Origin: Leucoraja ocellata
Taxonomy: Eukaryota
DNA length: 64,000 bases
Assembly: GCA_036785375.1 (NCBI GenBank)
Contig: JAWMAR010000131.1
Location: forward strand, 4,402,001 to 4,466,000
Reading direction: 5' to 3'
Shown in pieces: positions 1 to 11,179 of the stretch (position 1 is the stretch's first letter; every line of letters begins with the position of its first letter). The notes under the pieces were generated by a model. That model worked only from the letters and a program-made list of their open reading frames with translations. It ran no database searches and was not told the DNA's origin. Position numbers and translations under genes: made by a program.

Positions 1-24
1 CGTGGCCAACAGGGTTAAGCAGGG

Positions 25-233
25 TGTAGAAAGGAACTGCAGATGCTAGTTTAAACCGAAGATGGAGTAACTCAGCGGGTCAGACAGCAACTTTGGAGAA
101 AAGGAATAGATGACGTTTCGGGTCGAGACCTTCTTCAGTCTAAAGAAGGGTCTTGACCTGAAACATCACCCATTCCTTTTCTCCAGAGATGCTGCCTGAC
201 CCGTTGTGTTGCTCCAGTTTTTTGTGTCTATCT
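25..233. mobile_element. Palindromic PLE-derived mini-element (variant A)
   Basis: Left arm GGAACTGCAGATGC...GACGTTTCGGGTCGAGACC-TTCTTCAG is mirrored by right arm CTAAAGAAGGGTCTTGACCTGAAACATC...CTCCAG; axis ~138. Confidence 0.8.
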
Positions 234-881
234 AAGGATATGCTGGGGGGTGATTTGAAGCCAGCGCTGCCAATTTAATCTCAAGAACTGGCTAATGTTC
301 TTCCTTAATCATGTACAGCTGAATAAAGGCCAGTGGCTAGAAGCAAACTCCACCCGCACTCCTCAAAGAGATCAATAACTAATTATATGTTAGTCGCTAG
401 TTGAATCCATATTGATGTTTCTGCAATTTTGCAGATATTGGGTGCTTTTAATATTGGTTGAAGTTGAGGAGCCTTCAGGTAGTGGTGTTCAGACGCTGAA
501 GGAATTCTCTGCTGTCGTTAGATAACTGTGAGCCTGAGATATTGATGCATTTCCCTTGGAATAGGCCTACCCAGTAGACTAAGAGGGGGCTACACAGGCT
601 GGTACAGACTGACGGGAGAAGGCGATCACAGAGTTCTCAGCAGGAGCCAATAGTGTCACAAATGTTCAGGAAAATCCCCATTAATCAAAGACGTATAAAT
701 GGCGGTGTCAATGTAAAAATTGTCCCTGGTGTGTGTAAGGTAATGTTAATGTGCGTTGGTCGGTGCGGACTCGGTGGGCCGAAGGGCCTGTTTCCACGCT
801 GTATCTCTAAACTAAACCGATCATTTACACCCTGGCTCTGACCATCACGGATCCAAGCATCCCAACTATTGAAGAATTTTT

Positions 882-1433
882 TGTTTAGTTTAGTTTAGAC
901 GTGCAGCGTTGAAACAGGCCCTTCGGCCCACCGAGTCCGTGCTAACCAGTGATCACCTGTGTACTAGTTCTATCTTACACACCAGGGACAATTTGCAGAG
1001 GCCAGTTAACTCCTCCAGATTCAGGGACTGCTTCTTCCCAGTTGTTATCAGGCGACTGAACCATTCTGTCACCATCTACAGAGGGGTCCTGTACCTCATC
1101 TCTACCTCATTGGAGACGCGGACTATCTTTAATCGGACTTTACTGGACTTTATCTGGCACTTTATCATGTGGACGGCCCGATTGTGATAATATATTATCC
1201 TTCTTCAGTGTGGTTAGCACACAACAAAAGCTTTTCACTGTACCTCACTAAACTCATCTAAACTAGCCGTCAAACCTGCACGTCTTTGGAGTGTGGAAGG
1301 AAACCGGAGCACCCAGAGAAAACCCACGCGGTCACAGGGAAAACATACAAACTCCACACAGGCAGCACCCGTAGTCAGGATTGAACCCGGGTCTCTCTGG
1401 CGCTGTGAGGCAGCAACTCAACCGCTGTGCCGC
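882..1433 (-). mobile_element. tRNA-derived SINE (HE1/V-SINE-like) interrupted by a Rex1-like 3' fragment
   Basis: (GTTTA)n tail at left and A/B-box head at right. Insert ~1010-1265 translates SRFRDCFFPVVIRRLN, a Rex1-type ORF2 C-terminus. Confidence 0.8.
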
Positions 1434-2175
1434 CCGAGTGGGTGTTTCTACACCCTTACGCCTCTTGTGTCGTACGTAAAAAGCAGATAGTTGCTGAGAA
1501 AAGGCAATGGTTGGGTGACAGCTATTGTATAAAAAATTGTAGACATGTTAACGACGATGGAATGAGTGGAACCTTCCGTATACGGGCGTTTCACGATGGA
1601 ATTGTTTAATCGAACGTCCCAACTATCATCTGCTCTCAACACCCACTGAACTCCTTAACATTAACAAATGACTGAGAGCACATTAGCCAACAAATGACAG
1701 AAGGCGGTTTACATTTTGTTGGTAAACTATATTCAGATCAGGGTATCACACTGCGAGGGCTTTCCTGCAGACTAACAACCCAAGGTGCATTTTAAACATA
1801 TGTCACAGGCAGCAGGTTTGAGAGGTGTTATGTTCTGGCCTCTGGACCAGAACGAGCAGTTCTGTTGAGCATGGGGACATTGTTTTTTGCTAAGTGTCAA
1901 ACGCTATGTTCAGTCTTGGGGCAAGAAGTCATTGCGAAGATGAATTGTGAACTTGCCTGCCTAATTGATCAGTCACCGACAGTGCTAAGAGGTTGGGTAC
2001 AGCAGGTTGGAAGTGATGTCACCTGAATATTTTGGAGCTGTTGGCAGAACAGTGTTAGTTTCCCATTTTTCTTCCAAGTTGGAATAACATGACAGTTGAA
2101 AGATCAATGACAAGAATGAAGGAATGAACAAAGAGGAACCCGGCATGAGGGGGGGGGGGGGGGGGGGGGACGACT

Positions 2176-2636
2176 GCAGGAAGGAACTGCAGATGCTGGT
2201 TTAGACAATGGGTGCAGGAGTAGGCCATTCGGCCCTTCGAGCCAGCATCGCCATTCAATGTGATCATGGCTGATCATCCACAATCTGCCTTCTCCCCATA
2301 TCCCCTGACTCCGCTATCTTTAAGAACTCTCTCTTGAAAGTATCCAGAGAACCGGCCTCCACCGCCCTCTGAGGCAGAGAATTCCACAGACTCACAACTC
2401 TCTGTGTTTCCTCATCTCCGTTCTAAGTGGCTTACCCCTTATCCCTTATTTTTAAACTGTGGCCCCTGGTTCTGGACTCCCCCGACATCGGAAACACCGA
2501 AGGTAGACACAAAATGCTGAAGTAATAGTCAGTGGGACAGGCAGCATCTCTGGAGAGAACGTCTCAGGCTGAGGCCCTTCTTCAGACTGAGGACAGATGC
2601 TCCTGTCCCGCTGAGTTACTCCAGCATTTTGTGCCT
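2176..2636. mobile_element. PLE mini-element split by a minus-strand CR1 3' fragment (~2204-2493)
   Basis: GAAGGAACTGCAGATGCTGGTTTA|insert|ACACCGAAGGTAGACACAAAATGCTG; the insert matches the CR1 tails seen elsewhere in the window. Confidence 0.7.
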
Positions 2637-3202
2637 ATTGTAAGAGCAAAGGGGTATAAAGAAGGGTTGAGTACTTTTGTAACTTTGTCTGCGCCTTTGT
2701 GGCGACTCTATCGTGTGCATTCTATGTAAGAACAAAGAATTTCACTGCACCTAGTTGGGTACAAGTGACAGTAATGTATCATCATCATCTGAAACTTTAT
2801 TAGGCCCAGTAAGAAGAACCAGGGGGTCTTATCTTCCACACCCACAAGGTCGGCTGTGTGAGGCACGCCCTGGGGAACAGGGGCTGAAGAGGGCCGGGTG
2901 AGGAGAGGGACGATGGTTTGTGGGGCGACTGGAATGGAGGCGACGACTGCAATGGGCCTTTGTGGCTAACGACGGGCAGGGCTGTAAAATGGCATCAAAA
3001 TGGCGTAAAAATGGGGCTTCGTGCAGATGGACTCAGTCGGTCGGCTGTTCTGCACATTCTGTACTAACTGGGGGATTGTGCTTATGATAGGCTTGCTGAT
3101 CTGTGTGCAATTAAAATATTTCACTGTACCTTGTTACAGGTGATAATAAATAAACCAATTGAACCATATTTGTCAACCAAAGACGTACAGAGTTCATCCC
3201 GA

Positions 3203-3674
3203 TGCGGCACGGTGGCGCAGCGGTAGAGTTGCTGCCTTACAGACCCGGGTTCGATCCTAACTACGGGTGCTGTCTGTACGGAGTTTGTACGTTCTCCCTG
3301 CGTGGGTTTTCTCCGGGTGCTCCGGTTTCCTCCCACAATTCAAAGATGTACAGGTTTGGAGGTTAATTGGGTTGGTAAAATTGTAAATTGCTATATTTAA
3401 GAGGGAATTAGACGTGGTCCTTGTGGCTAAAGGTATCGGGGGGGTATGGAGTGAAGGCAGGTACAGGATACTGAGTTGGATGATCAGCCATGATCATATT
3501 GAATGGCGGTGCAGGCTCGAAGGGCCGAATGGTCTACTCCTGCACCTATTGTCTATGTTTCTATGTCCCTGGTGTGTGTAGGACCGTGTCAGTGCGTGCG
3601 GGGATCGTTGGTCGGCACAGACTCGGATGGGCTGAAGGGCCTGTTTCCTCGCTGTATCTATAAACCAAACTAAA
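3203..3674 (+). mobile_element. tRNA-derived SINE interrupted by a CR1 3' tail (~3390-3564)
   Basis: A box GGTGGCGCAGCGGTAG, B box GGTTCGATCC; body resumes at GTCCCT; TAAAC tail. Confidence 0.8.
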
Positions 3675-4148
3675 ATGGCATCCTGCAATCTAACAATGTT
3701 CAGCATTCAATCTACAATCATAACATCTGCGATCTCAAGCGTCTTCAATATCTGCCAATTTACCTCAGTAAAAGAATGACTTGGTTTTATCGTGCCTTTC
3801 ATTCTCTAAAGACACAGATGTTCTTTTTTATAGTCAATAAGATACTTATGAAGTGTGGTAGTCAGTCATACTGGAGGAAGTGGTAAGTTGATGGTGTGCA
3901 CCATAATTTTTATTTGAATTTTGCAAAGTAAGTGAATGAAAATGTGGCACTTTATATTTCCGTTGTATTCTGACTGGTAGTAAATGTCTGTGTTATACCA
4001 AATCAAACCAAAACAATTACAAGGTTCACAGAAGTAAAATCTATTACCTTCGACAATGTGGAACAAATAAAAACGTACAACTTCTGCGTATGAAACCACA
4101 ACATAAATAGTGTGATTATCCACAGTTAATTGGTCAGCATCAGTCATC

Positions 4149-4458
4149 TTAGTTTAGTTTAGAGATACAGCATGGAAACAGGCCCTTCGGCCCATCGAGT
4201 TCGTGCCGACCAGAGATCCCCGCACACTTACACTGTCCTACACACACACAAGGGACAATTTACAATTATACCAAGCCAATTAACCTACATACCTGCGCGT
4301 TTCTGGAGTGTGGGAGGAAACCGAAGCTCCCGGAGTAAACCCACGCAGGTCACGGGGAGAAAATACAAACTCCGTGCCCACATCACCCGTATTCAAAATC
4401 GAACCCAAGTCTCTAGTTCTGTGAGGCAGGAACTCTACCGCTGTGCCACCGTGTCACC
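4149..4458 (-). mobile_element. Full-length tRNA-derived SINE
   Basis: Colinear with the other SINE copies from head to (TAAAC)n tail. Confidence 0.85.
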
Positions 4459-4924
4459 CAAGATTGTCATTGTTCTTTGACTTTAAATAATTTTGGAAAC
4501 ACCAAATTGGGAGAGATTGCATGACACTGCAAAATGCCATGCCGCTAATCCTTCATATTGTCTTCTTATTAACTGCAGGTAATTGCAGATGCAACTAATC
4601 ATCTGAGCATCATGAGTATTCTTTTTCATATTTCCAGTAACTGCTTTAGTTTTTTTCTTCTCTAACTGCCCGAACTCATCTTTCTCTATTTACACTCATT
4701 CTGAAAGATCAGCAATGATTAACAAGTATTCATATCCATTACTCTGGTGGCTTCAAATGCAATTGTGTAACATGAACAACTCTGGTCTCCAGACTTGCTA
4801 TTTGTTCCCGTCAGCCTTTCTCCTCTCTGCAACTTAAAGCACACTTGCTCTTTCACTTTTCCACTTCTGACCTGACCTGGGCTCAAGCAATTGCTGTTTC
4901 TCTGTCCATAAGTTCCTAAGTTCC

Positions 4925-5410
4925 TGGCCATTCGGCCCGTCAAGTCTTCACCGCCATTCAATCATGGCTGATCTATCTTTCTCTCTCAACCCCATTCTCC
5001 TGCCTTCTCTCCATAACCCCTGACACCTGTGCTAAGTCGAAGGTAGACACAAAATGCTAGAGTAACTCAGCGGGTCAGGCAGCATCTCGGGAGAGAAGAA
5101 ATGGGTGACGTTTTGGGTCGAGACCCTTCTTCAGTTATTAAGGTGGAGATTGACAGATTCTTGATTAGGTACGGATTGTCAGGGGTTATGGGGAGAAGGC
5201 AGGAGAATGGGGTTGGGAGGGAAAGATAGGTCGGCTGTGATTGAATAGCAGAGTAGACTGGATGAGCCTAATGCTGCTCCTGGAACGCAGGAACAAATCA
5301 AGAATCTGTCAATCGCACCTTAAAAATATCCATTGGTTTGGCATCCACAGCCACCTGCGGCAATGAATTCCACAGACTCACCACCCTCTGACTAAAGAAA
5401 TTCCTGACTG
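4925..5410. mobile_element. CR1 3' fragment (-) containing a PLE arm and a second, inverted CR1 tail (+)
   Basis: The minus strand reads FFSQRVVSLWNSLPQVAVDA. PLE arm ~5036-5134; plus-strand CR1 tail ~5137-5283. Confidence 0.7.
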
Positions 5411-5701
5411 AAGAGAGGCCGTGACTTCTGTTGGTCCGGAAAAATGGATAAACCAGAAACGCTCTGGAACCAAGGATGCTGGAAAATCCAGGTGATGGAC
5501 TTGCATTAGTCACCTTGATGAGACTGTGCTCCCTGTGCATTCCCTTCCTCGGTGGGGACATCAATATCCATGATGACCAGGAAATGTCCGCCACTTTCTG
5601 CAGCCTTCTTCATTGTTTGGCGCTTGAGTTACGGAAACTGTCCATGAATCAACCACAAACATCTCAGGAAAGGAAAACTAAATGAATAGTCATCCTATTG
5701 A

Positions 5702-5860
5702 GTTTAAGAAGGAACTGCAGATGCTGGAAAATCGAATGTACACAAAAATGCATCTATGGAGCGAATGAAATAGGCAACGTTTCGGGCCGAAACATTGCCT
5801 ATTTCCTTCGCTCCATAGATGCTGCTGCACCCGCTGAGTTTCTCCAGCATTTTTGTGTAC
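5702..5860 (-). mobile_element. Palindromic PLE mini-element, variant B
   Basis: Axis GTTTCG-GGC-CGAAAC. TSD AGTCATC(C/A)TATTGA at 5688-5701 and 5861-5874. Confidence 0.85.
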
Positions 5861-6167
5861 AGTCATCATATTGAAACAGCTGAACTGTTTAATTGTCAAA
5901 TGTTGTTGGAGTGGGGAGAATGGAGTTTCTGACATGACATCCAGGAGCGTAGGCTTCCCACATTCTGTGGCGTTTTTGTTTCATGTATAACTTTGACTGG
6001 CTCTATATCTGGAAGCAAACAGACTTGGTTTCCCATTGAAGACAATGTGTTCTTTATACGTGTGCAGTATGCAGCCACAGGTTAGAAAGCCTGGAGCTGT
6101 GGCTCCCCCCACCCAAGTCATTGTTCTAGTTACACTGCCGTCCTGTTGGGTTCCTTTGTCTGCATGC

Positions 6168-6400
6168 TCGTTGTCACCGAGCCCACGGCCAACAATGGCC
6201 CATTATGTGCCCCGCATTTCCTTGATTATCGTTGCTTTTTGCATATCTTCCATTCATTTCTCTGAAGTACCGTCTATATCTCTCATTCCCCTTTCCCCTG
6301 ATTCTCAGCCTGAAGCAGAGTCTCGACCCGAAACGTCATCTGTTCCTTATTCTCCAGAAATGCCGCCTGACCCGCTGAGTTACTCCAGCTTTTTGCATCT
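6168..6400 (+). mobile_element. PLE 3' UTR/pLTR fragment with a decayed hammerhead motif
   Basis: CTGAAGCAGAGTCTCGACCCGAAACGTC near 6310; similar to 13860-14050 and 39020-39275. Confidence 0.7.
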
Positions 6401-6682
6401 GCCACGAGAACAACGTTGGGATTCAAAAACCAACTCTTGGGCATGCCGTATCCCTGATGAAGGTACTTATCCTAATCCCAGATCTTGGAGTCAACTGTAA
6501 GGGCAGTGGTCCCCAGAGTGTGTAAGGCAAGACTTTGGCTCCTCGTGTATTGGTTTGAAAGGCGATGTCTATTCTGTCAGAAACTGTCCTCACCCAGAAT
6601 AGTCCAGCACATCTCTTGGTCATCTCTCACTCAACCCGCTTGAACTGATCAATTGGGCTGAACAAGGTTCTATCATATCATG

Positions 6683-7078
6683 GCGGAGAAGCTTGTGTGG
6701 ACCTGAGATCCTGAGAGCGACGCCGTCTGGAGCGATGCTCCTGGTAGGGCCACCCACGGTGGTAAGGTCAAGGGGGAGGTCTTTGACAAAGAGCAATCCA
6801 ACCAAGACCTCAGTGGTGGAACAGGCGGAGGACAATGGCTGACCTTAGTGGATCGTCACAACGGCTGGTAAGGCGGATGAGGGCTGCAGCGGAAAAGGGT
6901 CTCCGGTCGTCTTGGACTCCACGCCACTGGATCCTGACCCAGATCTGTCAAGGACCGTGGGTTGACTATCTGTGCACTAGTCTCCCCACGTTAAACAAAG
7001 TCACGCACAGGCGTCCTCCATATAGGGAATAGCACCCTGGAGACACCCGTGGTCAGCCAAGGTCGAAGGGGGCCTAAG
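6683..7078 (+). mobile_element. Probable RTE-clade-derived non-autonomous element
   Basis: GC-richer island. CTCCTGGTAGGGCCACCCACGGTGGTAAGGTCAAGGGGGAGG resembles RTE 5' UTRs as I recall them (not searched). Flanked by an ATCATG direct repeat (6677-6682, 7079-7084). Confidence 0.4.
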
Positions 7079-7533
7079 ATCATGTTGTATCGTTTCGTAT
7101 CTTAATTCCTTGGGATGGAACTGAACACGGGTTGGGTTTTGGGAATGTTAGAAATTTCACCTCAAGTCTACCCATCTCTGAGGTTAAAAACTTAAAAAGT
7201 CTCTCCACAGAACCCACGTTGGTGTTTCCTGCACTTTCTGTTCAAACGCCACGCTTACGCCATCCACAGTTCTCTACCTGCCGACCCCTAGTGCCTGACG
7301 TTCTTTGTTCCACAGCGGGAAGGATTTTCTTTAGAGGCAGCGACCAAGTAAATGGGCTGCAAAGGCCTGAAAGAGAAAACAGTTTCCGAAGGATCATGAT
7401 TGGAAGAATCATTTCAAAAAGTTGGCATTGAGATACTGAATACGAAGAAATGATGAGTCAGAGGTTTGAATGTATTGAATAAAATTGCTGCTGAACCTCT
7501 CACCCCCATTTAAGGTACAAGCTATTACTGAAG

Positions 7534-7697
7534 GTACACAAAAATGCTGGAGAAACTCAGCGGGTGCAGCAAATAGGCCACGTTTCGGCCCGAAACGTCG
7601 CCTATTTCCTTCGCTCCATAGATGCTGCTGCACCCGCTGAGTTTCTCCAGCATTTTTGTGTACCTTCGATTTTCCAGCATCTGCAGTTCCTTCTTAA
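7534..7697 (+). mobile_element. Palindromic PLE mini-element, variant B
   Basis: Perfect 17-bp TSD ACAAGCTATTACTGAAG (7517-7533, 7698-7714). Left arm truncated, right arm complete. Confidence 0.9.
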
Positions 7698-7811
7698 ACA
7701 AGCTATTACTGAAGACTGCACACTGCATGCACTCAGGTTGTTCCTGTATTTCATGATCCAAACATCCACGTACTCCTCAGACGCCAAGTTATTGGGTATT
7801 TTTCAATAGTT

Positions 7812-8838
7812 TATGTGATAGGAGCAGAATTAGGCCATTCAGCCCAACAAGTCTACTCCACCAGCCAATCATGGCTGATCTATCTCTCCCTCCGAACCTC
7901 ATTCTCCTGCTTTCTCCCCATAATCCCTGACATCCGTACTAACCAAGAATCTATCTATCTCTGCCTTAGTAATATCCATTTTGGCCTCCAGAGCCTTCTG
8001 TGGCAATGAATTCCACAGATTCATCACCCTCTGACTAAAGAAATGTTTCCTCATCTCCTTCCGTCCTTTAATTCTGAGATTCAAGATTCAAGATTCAATT
8101 TAATTGTCATTTGGACCCTTTGAGGTCCAAACGAAATGCCGTTTCTGCAGCCATACATTACAAACAAATAGACCCAAGACACAACATAATTTACATAAAC
8201 ATCCATCACATCGCTGTGATGGAAGGCCAAAAACACTTATCTCTCCACTGCACTCTCCCCCCCACGATGTCAGAGTCAAAGTCAAAGCCCCCGGCTGGCG
8301 ATGGCGATTGTCCCGCGGCCATTAAAGCCACGCCAGGTAATGCAAGGTCGCACACCGGGTCTTGGTGTTGGAGCCCCCGGCGTGCGCTCGCAGAGTCCCG
8401 CGGCCATTCCAAGCCGCGCGGGGCGGTGATGTCAGGCCCCGCTCCAGGAGCTCTTCGACCCCGCAACTCGGGCGGGAGAAGTCGCCGTTGCAGGAGCCCT
8501 GAAAAGCGGTCTCCCTCCAGGGACCCGCGGGCTCCCGGTGCCGCCGTCCGCCAGACCCGCAGTTGGATGAGGCCATGACCTCTAGTCCTAAACTCTCCCA
8601 CTAGTGGAAACATCCTCTCCACATCCACTCTATCCAAGCCTTTCACTATTCTGTATGTTTAACTGAGGTCTCCCCCCCCCCCCTCTCATTCTTCTAATCT
8701 CCAGCGACTACAGGCCCAGAGCTGTCAAACGCTCATCATAGGCTGACCCTGGGATCATTGTTGTAAACCTCTTCTGGACCCTCTCCAGAGCCAGCACATC
8801 CTTCCTCAGATATGGTGCCCATAATTGCTCACAGTACT
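7812..8838 (-). mobile_element. CR1 LINE 3' fragment (ORF2 C-terminus), split by a GC-rich insert
   Basis: Translates KGLDRVDVERMFPLVGEFRTRGH...FFSQRVMNLWNSLPQKALEA, typical of the CR1 ORF2 end. Confidence 0.85.
8079..8567 (-). mobile_element. GC-rich non-autonomous retroelement with Rex1-like 3' end (copy A)
   Basis: Interrupts CR1 at a duplicated TGAG. (TGAATCT)n tail. Homologous over its full length to 21930-22430. Confidence 0.75.
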
Positions 8839-9139
8839 GGTCCAATATTCAGTCCAGGTAAACACTAGATGGCATCCATCCATTGTGGGTGATGGGACCA
8901 CCTCTTGAGGATGCTGCTACGACTCAACGAAAGATAACAGGGAAAAATAATCAGTGTAAATAAGGAGTTGTGAACCTCTGTTTTCGACAAGATCCTATTT
9001 TGTTCTCTGCTGGCAATAATTCAACATGACTGTTGTAGGCCATGATGGTTCTTATTAGTTAAATCTTCCACCAGGTAACTGAGAAGTCCCCATTTTCACA
9101 GCTAAGCGTCACCCGATAAGTTCATGTCATCAGGCCTTA

Positions 9140-9370
9140 TAGCAGCAGAATTAGGCCATTCGGCCCATCAAGTCTATTCCACCATGGCTGATCTACCTTT
9201 CCCCCACAACCCCATTCTCCCACCTGCCCATAACCCCTGACACCCGTACTAATCTAGAATCTGTCAATCTGTGCTTTAAAAGTACCCAATAACTTAGCCT
9301 CCACAGCCGTCTGTAGCAATGAATTCCACAGATTCACCACCCTCTGACAAACAAAATTCTTCCTCATCTT
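9140..9370 (-). mobile_element. CR1 3' fragment
   Basis: GAATTCCACAGATTCACCACCCTCTG and GCAGAATTAGGCCATTCGGCCCATC tail motifs. Confidence 0.8.
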
Positions 9371-9789
9371 TTTAAAAGTGATGAAAAAAGATTTTTTTAA
9401 AAAACACATCTGGGCTTAACCTCAAGATTTGAAGGTTATTTCACAACTCGTGGAGCGTAGGGAAAACGATGAATGGAGTAATTGATTTTGGGGTGCAAAG
9501 GTGGAATAGGGGAGAGCCACTTCGACAGACGGTACAGAAAGAAATACTATGTGAAAACTTCAGGGTAATATTCAGTAGTTCAGGCAGCAATGTGGCTGGA
9601 AAGTGTTGGATGAACGAGTGAGAAACTTCAAAAGAAAAGAAATGTATAAATAAGAGAAGAAAAAAATTATAGATCACTGGAAAAAAACACCCAAGAGGCA
9701 GACTAATTGGCCAACTGTTTCACAAAGTCAGTACAAGCCTCTTACTGTGCTGCTTCATTCTCTAGTTCGCTGTGACCTGAGACATGCTG

Positions 9790-10228
9790 GGTCATGGTGG
9801 CTCAGTGGTAGAGTTGCTGCCTTACAGCGAATGCAGCGCCGGAGACCAGGGTTCAATCCCGACTACGGGAGCTGTCTGTACGGAGTTTGTACGTTCACCT
9901 TGTGTCCTGTGTGGGTTTTATGTGAGATCTTCGGTTTCCTCCCACACTCCAAAGACGTACAGGTTTGTAGTTTATGTGTAGGAAGGAACTGCAGATGCTG
10001 GTTTAAACCGAAGATAGACACAAAACGCCGGAGTGGCTCAACAAGTCAGACAGCACCTCTGGAGAAATGGAATAGGTGACGTTTCGGGATGAGACAGTTC
10101 GGTACAACTGTAAATCGACCCTAGTATGTAAGATAGTGCTAGTGTACGGGGATCGCTGGTCGGTACGGACTCGGTGGGCCGAAAGGCCTATTTCCGTGCT
10201 GTATCTCTAAACTAAACTAAACTAAACA
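9790..10228 (+). mobile_element. SINE with a PLE arm inserted (~9975-10100)
   Basis: SINE body breaks after AGGTTTGTAG and resumes at TGTAAAT; (TAAAC)n tail. Confidence 0.8.
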
Positions 10229-11179
10229 AAGGCACGTCTTCCTCGGGCGTGTGATGTTATGTTGTTTTTGCACAATCCCACAAGCATTGACACTTTCGTT
10301 TCACCCTGCATCTTGTATGTGTATGTGACAACTAAAGTTGACGAGACTTGATAATACAATGCAAGTATCCAGCTTGCACCAACATGATGTAGTTGGTTTG
10401 CAGAGCAGGCTGGAAGGCAAGACAGTCTTTTTGTCTGGCTTCTGCAAAAAAAACATTCATGCTGCTTGATGATTCAAAAACTCTCTCAAAAATCTCTTGA
10501 AGGCATTACATAAGAGATCTTGCCTCCCAGTCCAGAGCAACATCACATGAAGAGCTTTTTCACGTCCTCTCAAAGCTCAGCGGCGTCTACATTGTAGCCT
10601 GAGAACGAAACAACATGACACTGAGTTAAGAACTAATTGCCTAATTAAACTTATTTTTATTTATCTTTCAGTATGACTATTTGAGTTGAGGGGTCGGACA
10701 ACAGACATATATTTTCCACATATTAACTAATGATCCAGTATTCCTGCAGTTGGTTAGTTTGACAATAGTTTGATTTGATCCCAATTAACTAAGCTGGGAA
10801 GTGCACCTTAGCCAATCATTCTTCACGATTGGAGATAACAGCAGAGACCGAGGAAAGGCCCCTCTGGCCAACTCCACTATTCTGTTAGATCTGACTTGAT
10901 CTTGGCCTCATCTCCATTCTCCTGCTGTTCCCTTACTTTTGACGTCTCCATAGATTCAAAATCTGTCTATTTCATCCTTGAAGAATGGGCTACTCCTGCA
11001 CCTAATTTCTATGTTTCTATGTCTATGTTTCTAAGATAGTCCATGTCTCAGCCCGGTGCAGTGAGGAGTGTAGAAGGCTGGGCGAGGAATAGAGGCAGGT
11101 AGGTCTATAGAATTAAGAAGCAGTAGCCTTGTGAGGTGGCCATGGTGGACAACATGTGTGTTAGGCAATGGGAGGCAAC

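Noticed and set aside
1-18. AGGG|TTAA as a piggyBac-like right end
   Set aside because: Too short, and the rest of any such element lies outside the window.
435-478. Possible 44-nt exon (TTTTGCAG|...AG|GTAGTG)
   Set aside because: Weak donor and no supporting neighbouring exons or recognisable peptide.
8111-8646. Overlapping 146-155 aa ORFs as a novel gene
   Set aside because: GC-rich, stop-poor repeat. One ORF is a CR1/insert chimera, and the frame is not preserved in the second copy at 21930-22430.
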